Source of the DNA: Candidatus Oxydemutatoraceae bacterium
Lineage (GTDB): Bacteria > Pseudomonadota > Gammaproteobacteria > Poriferisulfidales > Oxydemutatoraceae
Direction of reading: 5' to 3'
Assembly: GCA_965220085.1 (NCBI GenBank)
Contig: CBDCOZ010000003.1
Location: 1,056,001 to 1,120,000 of the forward strand
DNA length: 64,000 nt
Shown here: positions 11,090-23,700 of the stretch, piece after piece
How positions within the stretch are numbered: position 1 is the first letter of the stretch
How the letters are laid out: the number at the start of each line of letters is the position of its first letter
Position numbers and translations under genes: made by a program
Notes under the pieces: model-generated
Databases searched by the model: none
Told to the model about the DNA's origin: nothing
What the model saw: only the letters and a program-made list of their open reading frames with translations

Positions 11090-11605
11090 GATTTGGGCAT
11101 TTAGTAATCATCTGATAGACTGTCTGCTATGATTCAATACTTGATAACCATACTGCGGAGCAGCGCCCGTGGCGAGATTACTGTAGGGTTATGATTCGAT
11201 ACTTGACAACCATACTGCGGAGCAGCGCCCGTGGCGAGATTACTGTAGGGTTATGATTCGATACTTGACAACCATACTGCGGAGCAGCGCCCGTGGCGAG
11301 ATTACTGTAGGGTTATGATTCGATACTTAACAACCACGCTGCGGAGTAGCACCCGTGGCGAGATTACTGTAGGGTTATGATTCGATACTTAACAACCACG
11401 TTGCGGAGCAGCGCCCGTGGCGAGATTACTGTAGGGTTATGATTCAATACTTAACAACCATACTGCGGAGCAGCGCCCGTGGCGAGATTACTGTAGGGTT
11501 ATGATTCGATACTTAACAACCACGTTGCGGAGCGCTTGCATGATGTCAATGACACCAATCGCACAACGTTTGACTCAGGTGTTCAATATGTCTTGGCATC
11601 ATACA
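11090..11605 (+). mobile_element. Decayed 3' end and right end of an IS481-like element (interrupted by the 62-bp VNTR)
   Basis: Pseudo-translation FSNHLIDCLL*FNT..P...TP...FNMSWHHT resembles an integrase-core C-terminus (W/Y-N-T-x-R-P-H); homologous to 44560-44886; ends ...ggcatcatACA. Confidence 0.55.
11128..11533 (+). repeat. 62-bp tandem repeat, 6 full units plus a partial unit
   Basis: Unit tatgattcgatacttgacaaccatactgcggagcagcgcccgtggcgagattactgtagggt starts at 11128, 11190, 11252, 11314, 11376, 11438 and 11500. Confidence 0.95.
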
Positions 11606-11712
11606 TCTTGCAATCCAACACTCGGCACAATAATGAGAAGCCGCCTTCAGGTCGCCCGCAGGATAATTACTGAATTTAAGATCACCGAGATGCTTAGTAA
11701 AATAATGAAAAA

Positions 11713-14700
11713 ATGCCCCTCCCCCTATTTTTACGAAGGAGAAGTAATCGGAGAGGACGACACGCATGCTACTTTGTTTGTCGCTTCATGCGAATGGGGA
11801 GCAAGGGGGTGACCGGCGTTCGGCATCGCTTGTTGCTTGGCGCATTCGCTATTGCCACAACGGTTTTGGCGTACCCCGTCGCGGCACAGACAGACTACGA
11901 CAGCGACGACGACGGTCTGATAGAGATTACGACACTGGAGCAGCTCGACGCAATCCGGTTTGACTTTGACGGCGACGGAGTGCCCGGCGAGAGCACACCG
12001 ACATATGCGGAGGCATTTCCCGATGCTGCTGACAATATGGTCCAAATGGGTTGCCCGGGCGGAATTTGTAGCGGTTATGAGTTGATGAATGATCTGGACT
12101 TTGACGATCCGACCAGCTATGCCGCGAGCACAGCGAACACAGCCTGGACAAGCGACGCCGGGTGGCCAGCGATCGGAAACGCGACGGACAGCTTCTCAGC
12201 GACGTTTAACGGCAATGGTCATACGATTGCCAACCTGCATATCGACGATAGCACAAGGTTGCAAGGCTTGTTCGGTTACGTGAGCGGCACGGTGTCAAAC
12301 ATCGGCGTGACCGGGGCGGCATCGGTCTTTACCGGCGGCGGCGTGGCGGGCCTGTTGCGCGACGGCACGGTAGAGCGTTCTTATTCAACGGTGTCGGTGA
12401 ACGGTGACAGTTCGGTAGGTTCGTTGCTGGGCCTCCTTGTCCCCGGCACGGTGCGACTGAGTTATGCGACCGGTGTTGTCTTCGTCTCTGCGGGTCTCGG
12501 CGGCGCCAGCGGCGGCTTGCTCGGCGCCAGCTCCGATGATGACCCCTCTGGCAGCAACAAGGCGGAGCATGTCTATGCGACCGGTTTTGTCGATAGAGAC
12601 AGAGGGGGTGCCAACAACTCTGCCGGCGGTTTGCTGGGCTCTCCGGGTCTGTTAGAGTTGCAATACGCTTACACCACCGCCTTGGTTGGCGGCAGCGGAG
12701 GGCAAAGCGGCGGTTTGGCCGGCGGCAATGACGATGACTTTTCGGCGACAGCGGTGTATTGGGATACCGAGGCATCGGGCCGGGCTGTGGCGATTCCGTC
12801 GGCGGCTAAAACCGGCGTTGATGGGCGGACCGCCGCCGAGTTGCAAGCGCCGACGACCTATGCCGGCATCTACGCCAACTGGGACGAAGGCGACACCGCA
12901 GACTACTGGGACTTCGGCAACGCCTCGCAATACCCGGCATTAAAGATCGACTTTGACAACAACAGCGACGCGAGTTGGGAAGAATTCGGTTATCAGTTGC
13001 GCGAGGGCCCGCGCCTGCGCGAAGGCTTGCAACGCGTGACACAAGACAAGATTGACTTTGACCTGCGCTGGAGCGCGCCGGATACTTCGCACTGGGACAG
13101 CCCGCCGCAGATCAGTTACCGTATCTACCGTGACGGTTCGGCCTTGGAGATCGGGGCCGATGACATCGGCGAGACCCTCGATGCGAACGGCGATACTGTC
13201 TATTCCTATGCCGATGCGGGTCTGTCAGGCGACACTGTTCATATCTATCACATCGCCGCGGTCGTGGGCGGCGGCGAGCCGAGCCGCAGCGCGATCGTAT
13301 TTGAAGCAGACTACGACCGCGACGACGACGGTCTGATAGAAATCAACACACTGGAACAACTCAACGCCATCCGCTGGGACCCGGACGGCGACGGAAAACC
13401 CGCGAACGCAAGCTCACGGACCTACGCGGAAGCCTTCCCCGGCATCACGGACAACACGGGTTGTCCGGACACTTGCGGCGGCTATGAGCTAATCAACGAT
13501 TTGGACTTTGAAGACCCGCGCAGTTACGCCGTCGCCGACCCCTTGGACTATGACTGGATTGATAACCCCGACGATGGCAATGCGGAAGAAGGCTGGCCGC
13601 CGATTTCGGGCTTCACGGCGACTTTCAACGGCAACGGCCATGCCGTTTACAACCTGTATGTCAGCCGCAATGCAAACGACCAGGGCCTGTTCGGTTCCGT
13701 TAGCGGCACGATTACAAACATCGGCATCACCGGTTTGATCGTGTCCCCGGTTTTCTTTGCCGGCGGCTTGGCGGGCCAGTTGAACAACGGCGGCATGATA
13801 GAGAAATCTTACTCTGCGGTAGCGGTGGAAGACGGCATATGGAGCGGTTCCTTGGCGGGCATGATGAACGGCGGCGCGGCGGTGCGACTGAGCTATGCGA
13901 GCGGTGTTGTCAACGCCTCTGCGAACGCCGGCGGGTTGCTGGGCGTCACTTTGGATGCGCTTATTCCTAACACGACCACAGAGACTTTGGAGCATGTCTA
14001 TGCGACCGGCTTTGTCGATGCATCCGATGCCGGCAACGCCGGCGGCTTGACCGCCACAGTAGGGGCGTTGCGACTGAAATATATCTATGCCACCGCCTTG
14101 GTGAGCGGCAGCGGGGAGGGGAGCAGCGGTTTGGGCGGCTATGACGAAGCAGGCTTCGCAGCGACGGCGGTATATTGGGATACCGAGACCTCGAACCAGA
14201 GTGTCGGGGTTGCCACACGCTCGGGGATGCCTGTGACCGGCGTTGAAGGCAAGACGACCGCCGAGTTGCAAGCGCCGACGACCTACACCGGCATCTACGC
14301 CAACTGGGACGAAGGCGACACCGCCGACTACTGGGACTTCGGCACCGCGGAACAATACCCGGCATTGAAGATTGACTTTGACAACAACGATATGGCGAGA
14401 TGGCAGGAGTTCGGTTATCAATTACGCGAAGGCCCGCAAAATGTGGAAATCTCCGCCGCCAGCGCTACCGGCATAACACTGAGTTGGACTGCGCCCGATA
14501 CCTCGCACTGGGACAACCCGCCGTCGGTGACTTACGCCCTCTACCGTGACGGCGCGCCCTTGAGCCTTGCCGCCGATGCCATCGCCGAGACTGCCGATGC
14601 GAACGGCGATGTTGTCTATTCCTATGCCGATTTGGGCGCATCCGCCGACACTGCGTATCGCTACCACATCGCCGCAACCGTTAACGGCGGCGAGCCGAGT

Positions 14701-17700
14701 CGTTCCTATGTGTTTGCCGGACGGCTGGGGGTGACGGACAGAGACGCCGCCTTAAACACAATTGCCGAGAGCGGTACGACGGGCACGGCGGTTTCGGGGT
14801 TGCGGTTGTCGGTAACAGAGATGGGCGCGGCGCCGTTTGGCGACGTGATTTGGGGTTTGGATGATCCGACCGACACCTTCGGGATCAGCGCTGCCAGCGC
14901 CGAGATCGGCTTGCTCGCGAGTGACACGCTGGATTACGCAAGCACGCGAACTTATTCCGTAGCGGTGACGGCAACGCTGGACGGAACGGAATTGCCCCCG
15001 CTGCCACTGACGATAAACGTTTTGAATGACATAGAGAATGTTCGGGTTCAGGATGACGACCCGTCGCCGAACCGGGTTCTTGAGAACACGCCGATAGACA
15101 CGCCGATATCGGGCTTGTCGCTGGCGGCGTATGAAATGCCCGCTTCCGGCGGGTCTGTCGAGTTGGAACAAGCGACATGGAGCTTGGCGGATAATGCCGA
15201 TTTTGACCCGTACACGGGCGGCATATTTGCGATTGATGCCGCCGCCGGCACATTAACTTTGGTCGCTGCGGCGGATTACGAAACCTCGTCGCAACATTCT
15301 GTGTGGGCGGTCGCCGCCGTAACGCATCCCATAACAGGCGATGTGTTGCGAGGAGGCGAGCGCTTTGAGGTGCGGGTTGTCAACATACCGGAGACGTTGA
15401 CGATTATGGATGGCGACCCCGCCGCCAACACCATCGCCGAGAATGCGACAACCGGCACGGCGGTGACCGGTATCGCCTTGCAAGCGCACGAAGATGATCT
15501 GCCCCTGACCGGCGGCGCGGATTTCAGATGGGAGTTGACAGATACCGCTGCCGACCTGTTCGCGATTGACCCTGTTAGCGGCGAGATAACATTAGTTGCG
15601 AGTGGCATGCTGAACTACGAAGACATCGGCGCTCGCACCCATAGCGTGACGGTGCGGGCTGTGGCAGGCGCCGTGGTATCCGATGACTTGGAGCTGACGA
15701 TAAGCGTTTTGAATGTGCCGGATACCTTGACGATTATTGATAGCGATATGAACGCCAATACCATCGCCGAGAATGCGGTGGCGAACATGCCGGTGACCGG
15801 CATTGTCCTGAGCGCAAGCGATGAAGCGGGCGCTACGGTGAGCGCTGTGACTTGGAGCGTAGCGAGTAGCCCGACCGATCTGTTCACGATAGATGCAGGC
15901 GGCGCTGTCAGGCTGAGTGCTTCGGACACTTTGGATTACGAGACGACAACGATGCATACGATAGAGGTGCGGGGCATGGCGGACGGCATACGGTCCGACA
16001 CATTGTCCCTGACAATCGTCGTGACCGACTTTGATGAGACGATCGTCCCGCCGACCGTGACCGACGCCGACCCTGCCGCCAACACCATTGCTGAGAACAG
16101 TACGGACACGGCAGTCAGCGGGGTGGCGTTGGCGGCGATACGGGACGGCAACCAGCTAAGCGACATCACATGGATACTGACCGACGATGCCGACGGCCTG
16201 TTCGTGATTGCCACCGACACCGGCGTCATCAAAACCGCGACCGATCGCGCGCCGGATTACGAAGCGGCTGTGAGACATGCTGTGACGGCGGTCGCCATCG
16301 CCGCCGACGGCAGCATCGTCGCGCTTGATTTGCCGATAGAGGTGCGAAATGTGCCGGAGAGCCTGACGATTGCGGATAGCGATACGAACGCCAACGCCAT
16401 CGCCGAGAACGCGACGACGGGCACCGAGGTAGCGGGCATCAATCTGACGGTGACCGACGAGGGTGGCGATGGGGTAAGCGGAGTGAGCTGGAGCTTGGAG
16501 AGCACCCCGACCGGTTTGTTCGGGATTGATACCGACGGTGTCATCACTTTGGCAGCGAGCGGCAGGCTGGACTACGACGCGGGTGCGCGCAACCATAGCG
16601 TAATGGTAACCGCCGCCGCCGCCGGTTATCAGTCTGCCACAGCGACATTGACAATAAACGTAACGAATGTGCTGGAGGAGCTGAAGATAGCGAACAGAAG
16701 CACGGGTACTACGATAGCGCTTGCCGAGGATGCGACAACCGGCACCGGCACCGTGGTACCGGGCATCGATCTGGAAGTGACCGACGAAGCGGATAGGGAA
16801 GTGACAGAAGGGCTGACTTGGAGTTTGGTGACGAATCCGGGCAACTTGTTCGCGATAAGCACGACCAGTGGCGAGATTACATTAGCCGGCAAATTGAATT
16901 ACGAGGCGGCAACGCAACACACAGTGATGGTGCAAGCCGCCAAAGGCGAAATAAATTCCGCTCCGTTCTCGCTGACGATAAGGGTGACCGTTTCCTGCGC
17001 CGCGCCGGCGACATTGAACTCAGCGACGAATGTTTGCGAGTGCAGTGCGCCGAATGTGGGAATGGGTTCGGATTGTCAAGCGCCAAGCGTACAGGTTTGC
17101 GGGGCTTTGATGCCGCCGAAGTTTTTCAGAGAGACAGCCTGCGTTGATTTTGTTTTCTGCGACGCACCGATGGTATTAGACGCAATGACGAATACGTGCG
17201 TGCCGCCGCAGTTGCGGATTGCGGACACCGCTGAGGGCGCAAACGAGATAGCCGAGACTGCGACGACGGACACTGAGATAGCGGGTGTGACATTGGAAGC
17301 GCAATACCCCGCTGGCGTTGCGGTGAGCGGTGTGACTGTGACCTGGGGCTTGAGCGATAATGCCGACGGCTTGTTCACAATAGGCAGCGCCAGCGGTGTC
17401 ATCACTTTGGCAGCGAGCGGCAGGCTGGACTACGACGCGGGTGCGCGCAACCATAGCGTAATGGTAACCGCCGCCGCCGCCGGTTATCAGTCTGCCACAG
17501 CGACATTGACAATAAACGTAACGAATGTGCTGGAGGAGCTGAAGATAGCGAACAGAAGCACGGGTACTACGATAGCGCTTGCCGAGGATGCGACAACCGG
17601 CACCGGCACCGTGGTACCGGGCATCGATCTGGAAGTGACCGACGAAGCGGATAGGGAAGTGACAGAAGGGCTGACTTGGAGTTTGGTGACGAATCCGGGC

Positions 17701-20700
17701 AACTTGTTCGCGATAAGCACGACCAGTGGCGAGATTACATTAGCCGGCAAATTGAATTACGAGGCGGCAACGCAACACACAGTCACGGTGCAAGCCGCCA
17801 AAGGCGAAATAAACTCCGCTCCGTTCTCGCTGACGATAAGGGTGACCGTTTCCTGCGCCGCGCCGGCGACATTGAACTCAGCGACGAATGTTTGCGAGTG
17901 CAGTGCGCCGAATGTGGGAATGGGTTCGGATTGTCAAGCGCCAAGCGTACAGGTTTGCGGGGCTTTGATGCCGCCGAAGTTTTTCAGAGAGACAGCCTGC
18001 GTTGATTTTGTTTTCTGCGACGCACCGATGGTATTAGACGCAATGACGAATACGTGCGTGCCGCCGCAGTTGCGGATTGCGGACACCGCTGAGGGCGCAA
18101 ACGAGATAGCCGAGACTGCGACGACGGGCACTGAGATAGCGGGCGTGACATTGGAAGCGCAATACCCCGCTGGCGTTGCGGTGAGCGGTGTGACTGTGAC
18201 CTGGGGCTTGAGCGATAATGCCGACGGCTTGTTCACAATAGGCAGCACCAGCGGTGTCATCACTTTGGCAGCGAGCGGCAGGCTGGACTACGACGCGGGT
18301 GCGCGCAACCATAGCGTAATGGTAACCGCCGCCGCCGCCGGTTATCAGTCTGCCACAGCGACATTGACAATAAACGTAACGAATGTGCTGGAGGAGCTGA
18401 AGATAGCGAACAGAAGCACGGGTACTACGATAGCGCTTGCCGAGGATGCGACAACCGGCACCGGCACCATGGTACCGGGCATCGATCTGGAAGTGACCGA
18501 CGAAGCGGATAGGGAAGTGACAGAAGGGCTGACTTGGAGTTTGGTGACGAATCCGGGCAACTTGTTCGCGATAAGCACGACCAGTGGCGAGATTACATTA
18601 GCCGGCAAATTGAATTACGAGGCGGCAACGCAACACACAGTGACGGTGCAAGCCGCCAAAGGCGAAATAAATTCCGCTCCGTTCTCGCTGACGATAAGGG
18701 TGACCGTTTCCTGCGCCGCGCCGGCGACATTGAACTCAGCGACGAATGTTTGCGAGTGCAGTGCGCCGAATGTGGGAATGGGTTCGGATTGTCAAGCGCC
18801 AAGCGTACAGGTTTGCGGGGCTTTGATGCCGCCGAAGTTTTTCAGAGAGACAGCCTGCGTTGATTTTGTTTTCTGCGACGCACCGATGGTATTAGACGCA
18901 ATGACGAATACGTGCGTGCCGCCGCAGTTGCGGATTGCGGACACCGCTGAGGGCGCAAACGAGATAGCCGAGACTGCGACGACGGACACTGAGATAGCGG
19001 GTGTGACATTGGAAGCGCAATACCCCGCTGGCGTTGCGGTGAGCGGTGTGACTGTGACCTGGGGCTTGAGCGATAATGCCGACGGCTTGTTCACAATAGG
19101 CAGCGCCAGCGGTGTCATCACTTTGGCAGCGAGCGGCAGGCTGGACTACGACGCGGGTGCGCGCAACCATAGCGTAATGGTAACCGCCGCCGCCGCCGGT
19201 TATCAGTCTGCCACAGCGACATTGACAATAAACGTAACGAATGTGCTGGAGGAGCTGAAGATAGCGAACAGAAGCACGGGTACTACGATAGCGCTTGCCG
19301 AGGATGCGACAACCGGCACCGGCACCGTGGTACCGGGCATCGATCTGGAAGTGACCGACGAAGCGGATAGGGAAGTGACAGAAGGGCTGACTTGGAGTTT
19401 GGTGACGAATCCGGGCAACTTGTTCGCGATAAGCACGACCAGTGGCGAGATTACATTAGCCGGCAAATTGAATTACGAGGCGGCAACGCAACACACAGTG
19501 ATGGTGCAAGCCGCCAAAGGCGAAATAAATTCCGCTCCGTTCTCGCTGACGATAAACGTATTGAATGTGCTGGAGGAATTGAAGGTAGCGAACGGCGGCA
19601 GCGGCGAGATAGCGCTTGCCGAGAATGCGACAATCGACACCGTGGTACCGGGCATCGCTCTGGAAGTGACCGACGAGGACGATAACACAGTGAGCGGCGT
19701 AGAGTGGAGCTTGGCGAGCGCCCCGAGCGGTTTGTTTGCAATAGGCAGTACCAGCGGTGTCATCACTTTGGCAGCGAGCGGCAGGCTGGACTACGACGCG
19801 GGTGCGCGCAACCATAGCGTAACGGTAACCGCCGCCGCCGCCGATTATGAGCCTTCCACACTGACACTGATAATAAACGTATTGAATGTGTTGGAAGAGT
19901 TGGCGATATCCGACAGCGATGCGGCTGCCGCGATGATATCGGAGGCGGCGGTCTTTGGTTCCGCGCTAACGGGCGTGGCCTTGACAGTCTCGGCGGAAGA
20001 GGGAGGAACGATTCCGGATTTAACCTGGAGATTGTCGCGCAATCCGAACAGAGCATTTGCAATAGCCTCGACCAATGGCGCGATTACGTTGGCACGAGAG
20101 GGCGTATTGGATTTTGAGACGGCTCCGAGCATAGACATAGAGGTTATAGCGACACCGCGGAATATAAGGACCGAAGTGCCGGAGTCAAACCCATTCCCAA
20201 TCACGGTGACGGTGACGAATGCCTTGGAGACATTGGAGGTTGACGATACCGCCCGCGCCGATAACAGTATCTCTGAGAACGCTGCGACAGGTACGGCGGT
20301 AGCGGGCGTTGTTCTGGAAGCAACCGACGAAGACGCCAATCTGGTGAGCGGAGTGACCTGGATCTTGAAGAGCACCCCGGCCGATCTGTTCACGATAGAC
20401 AACAATCCGGGCGTAATCCGCTTGGTTGCCGGCGGCAGGTTGGATTTTGAGACCACGCCGAGCGTCGCAGTGATGGTGCAAGCCGCCAAAGGCGAAATAG
20501 AGTCCGCTCCGCTCTCGCTGACGATAGCGGTGGAGGATGCCTTGGAGAATCTGACAGTTCGCGACAGCAACGCCGACGCGAACAGGATTGCCGAAGATGC
20601 GGCGACCGGTACGCAAGTTCTGGGTATCGCACTGAGTGCAAGCGAAACCGATAATCCGGTGAGCGGCGTGAAGTGGAGCCTGAGCGATGCGAGCGGTCTG

Positions 20701-23700
20701 TTCGCAATAGGCGCCGATACGGGCGTAATCAGTCTGATTGCCGGCGGCAGTTTGGATTTTGCGACCACGCCGAGCGTCGCAGTGATGGTTCAAGCCGAAA
20801 AAGACGAAATCACTTCGGATCCGCTTGATCTGACAATCACGGTGCTGGATACCGATGAGAATATCCGGATTGTTGACACCGCCGGCGATGACCTCTTCGC
20901 GGCGATAGACGAAGATGCGGAGGCGGGCGATGCGCTGTCCGGTTTGGCTCTTGTCGCAAGAGACGCCGCCGCTAACGTCTTGACCGGCGTGGTTTGGAGC
21001 CTGAACGATGATGCCGACAGCCGGTTTGCGATTGCGACTGACACGGGTGTGATTACGGTGGCCGGCATGTTGGATTATGAGACGACCCCGACCCACACGG
21101 TGGTGATTCGGGCGACACACGAGGGGAATTCAAGCGACTTTGTATTGCAGGTGAATGTGGGGAATGTCTTGGAGACCTTGGCTGTGACAGACTCCGACGA
21201 TGATGCCAACACGATAACGGAGAACGCGACTTCGGGCACCGCGGTGAGCGGTATCGCATTGAGAGTGACCGACGAAGGCAGCAGGCCGGTGACAGAAGGG
21301 CTGGATTGGATCTTGGCGTCCGACCCGAGCGGCTTGTTTGCGATTTCAACCGACGGCGCAATCACCGCGACCGCGCCATTGGATTATGAGACGACCCCGA
21401 CGACCCACACGGTGATGGTTCAAGTCGCAAAAGGCGACATCACTTCGTCGGCGGTTGAACTGACGATAGATGTGGGGAATGTCTTGGAGCTCTTGACTGT
21501 GACCGACTCCGACGAAGATGACAACACGATAGCGGAGACGGCGACTTCGGGTACCGCGGTGGCCGGCATAGCTTTGGCAGTGACCGACGAAGGCGGCAGG
21601 CCGGTGACAGAAGGGCTGACTTGGAGCTTGGTGACGAACCCCGGCAACTTGTTCGCGATAAGCGTGAGCGGCGGCGAGATTGCCTTGGCCGGCGAAGCGG
21701 ACTATGAGACGACCCCGACCCATGTGCTGAGGGTGGCGGCAGCGGCGGATGGCATAAGCGATGCGATAGAGTTAACGGTAGAGGTTCAAAACGCGCTGGA
21801 GACATTGATGATCTCCGACAGAGACGACGATGCGAACGAGATTGTCGAGAATGTGGCAACGGCCACGGCGGTGTCGGGCATAGATTTGGCGGCGCTTGAC
21901 GAAGCGGGCACGGAAGTGACAGACGGACTGGTCTGGAGACTGACCGAGAATGCGGACGGCAGGTTTGCAATTGATTCGGATAGCGGCGTCATCACCGCGG
22001 GCCGGGCGTTTGATTATGAGACATCAACTCAGACGAGTTTCTCGGTAACGGTTGCGGTCACAAAAGACGGGGTGGATTCGGCCCCGCTGAGTCTGTCGAT
22101 AGCCCTGAGGAATGTGTTGGAGAGCCTGACCTTGGAAGACATTAACGCGGCGGCAAACGGCATCGATGAGAATGCATTGGCGGGCGTTGCGGTGTCGGGC
22201 ATTAGCTTTGTGGCAAGGGATGAAGCGGGCAATGAGGTCACCGCCGGCCTGACATGGACTCTGCCCGAAAGCGCCGGCGATTTGTTTGTGATAAGCAACC
22301 AAGGCGTGATCAGCGTAACGAAGGTAACGAGCGAGGCTCTGGATGCCGAGAATGTTGCCGACTACGCATTGCAAGCGCGGGTATCAAAAGACGGGGTGGA
22401 TTCAAACATAGCGGATGTGCCCGTTGTTGTGCGGAATTTGTTGGAGGAATTGACGATAGCGAACGGCGGTAGCGGCGCGATAGCGCTTGCCGAGGATGCG
22501 ACAACCGGCGCCGTGGTGCCCGGCATCGCTCTGACCGCGACCGATGAGGGCGGCAATGCGGTAAGCAGCGCGACCTGGAGCCTGACCGATGCGAGCGGTC
22601 TGTTCGCAATCAGCGCCGATACGGGCGTCATCAGTCTGATTGCCGCAAACACATTGGACTATGATATTGAGGCGTTGCGGAGTCATACGGTGAGGGCGCA
22701 AGCGAGCAAAGACGGCGTGGTTTCGGGCCCGTTTGCGCTGACGATAGATGTCACGGACGTGTTGGAGACCTTGCAAATTGTCGATAACAATCCCGCCGAG
22801 GATACGATTATTGAGAACGCGGCGAGCGGCACGGCGGTGTCGGGCATAGAGTTGGCGGCAGAAAATGAAGCGGGCGATTCGGTGCGCGATGTGCTTTGGA
22901 GTCTGACCGATAATGCGGGCGGCTTGTTTGCGATTTCAACCGCCGGCGCAATCACCGCGACCGCGCCATTGGATCATGAGACGACCCCGACCCACGCGGT
23001 CATAGTGCGAGCCGAGAAAGACGGAATAAATTCCGCTCCGTTCTTGCTGACGATAGCGGTCGGGGATGTGTTGGAGAGACTGACGGTTGCCGACGGCAAC
23101 GCTGATGCGAACAGGATTGCCGAAGATGCGACGTCCGGCACGCAAGTTCTGGGCATCACACTGAGCGCAAGCGACGAAAAATCAGAGGCGGTGACCGATG
23201 TGACCTGGAGCCTGAGCGATGATGCCGGCGGTCGGTTCGCGATCAGCGCCGATACGGGCGTAATCAGTCTGATTGCCGACAGCGGTTTGAATTTTGCGAC
23301 CACGCCGAGCGTCGCAGTGACGGTTCAAGCCGAAAAAGACGGCGTTCATTCGGCTGGGTTTGAGTTGCCAATCACGGTGCTGGAGGTCAATGAGAATGTT
23401 CTGATTGTTGACATCGAGGGCGATGACGCCTTTGCGACGATAGACGAGGATGCGACGACAGGCACGATGCTATCCGGCGCGCGTCTGGTCGCGCGAGATG
23501 CCGACTCTGCCGAGTTGATGACCGGCGTGACTTGGAGTCTGAGCGATGCCGCCGGCGGCCTGTTTGCGATTGCGACTGACACGGCCGTGATTACGTTGAC
23601 CGGCATGTTGGATTACGAGACGACCCCGACCCACACGGTGGTGATTCGGGCGACACACGAGGGGAATTCAAGCAACTTTGTATTGCAGGTCAATGTCGGG

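Noticed and set aside
11128-11533. CRISPR array
   Set aside because: The whole 62-bp unit repeats with no unique spacers, and there are no cas genes in the window
12990-13020. Internal QLREGP(R) as a copy of the C-terminal LEGPLR motif
   Set aside because: Only EGP is shared; it is a fixed linker of the head module and lacks the LRLRLF strand
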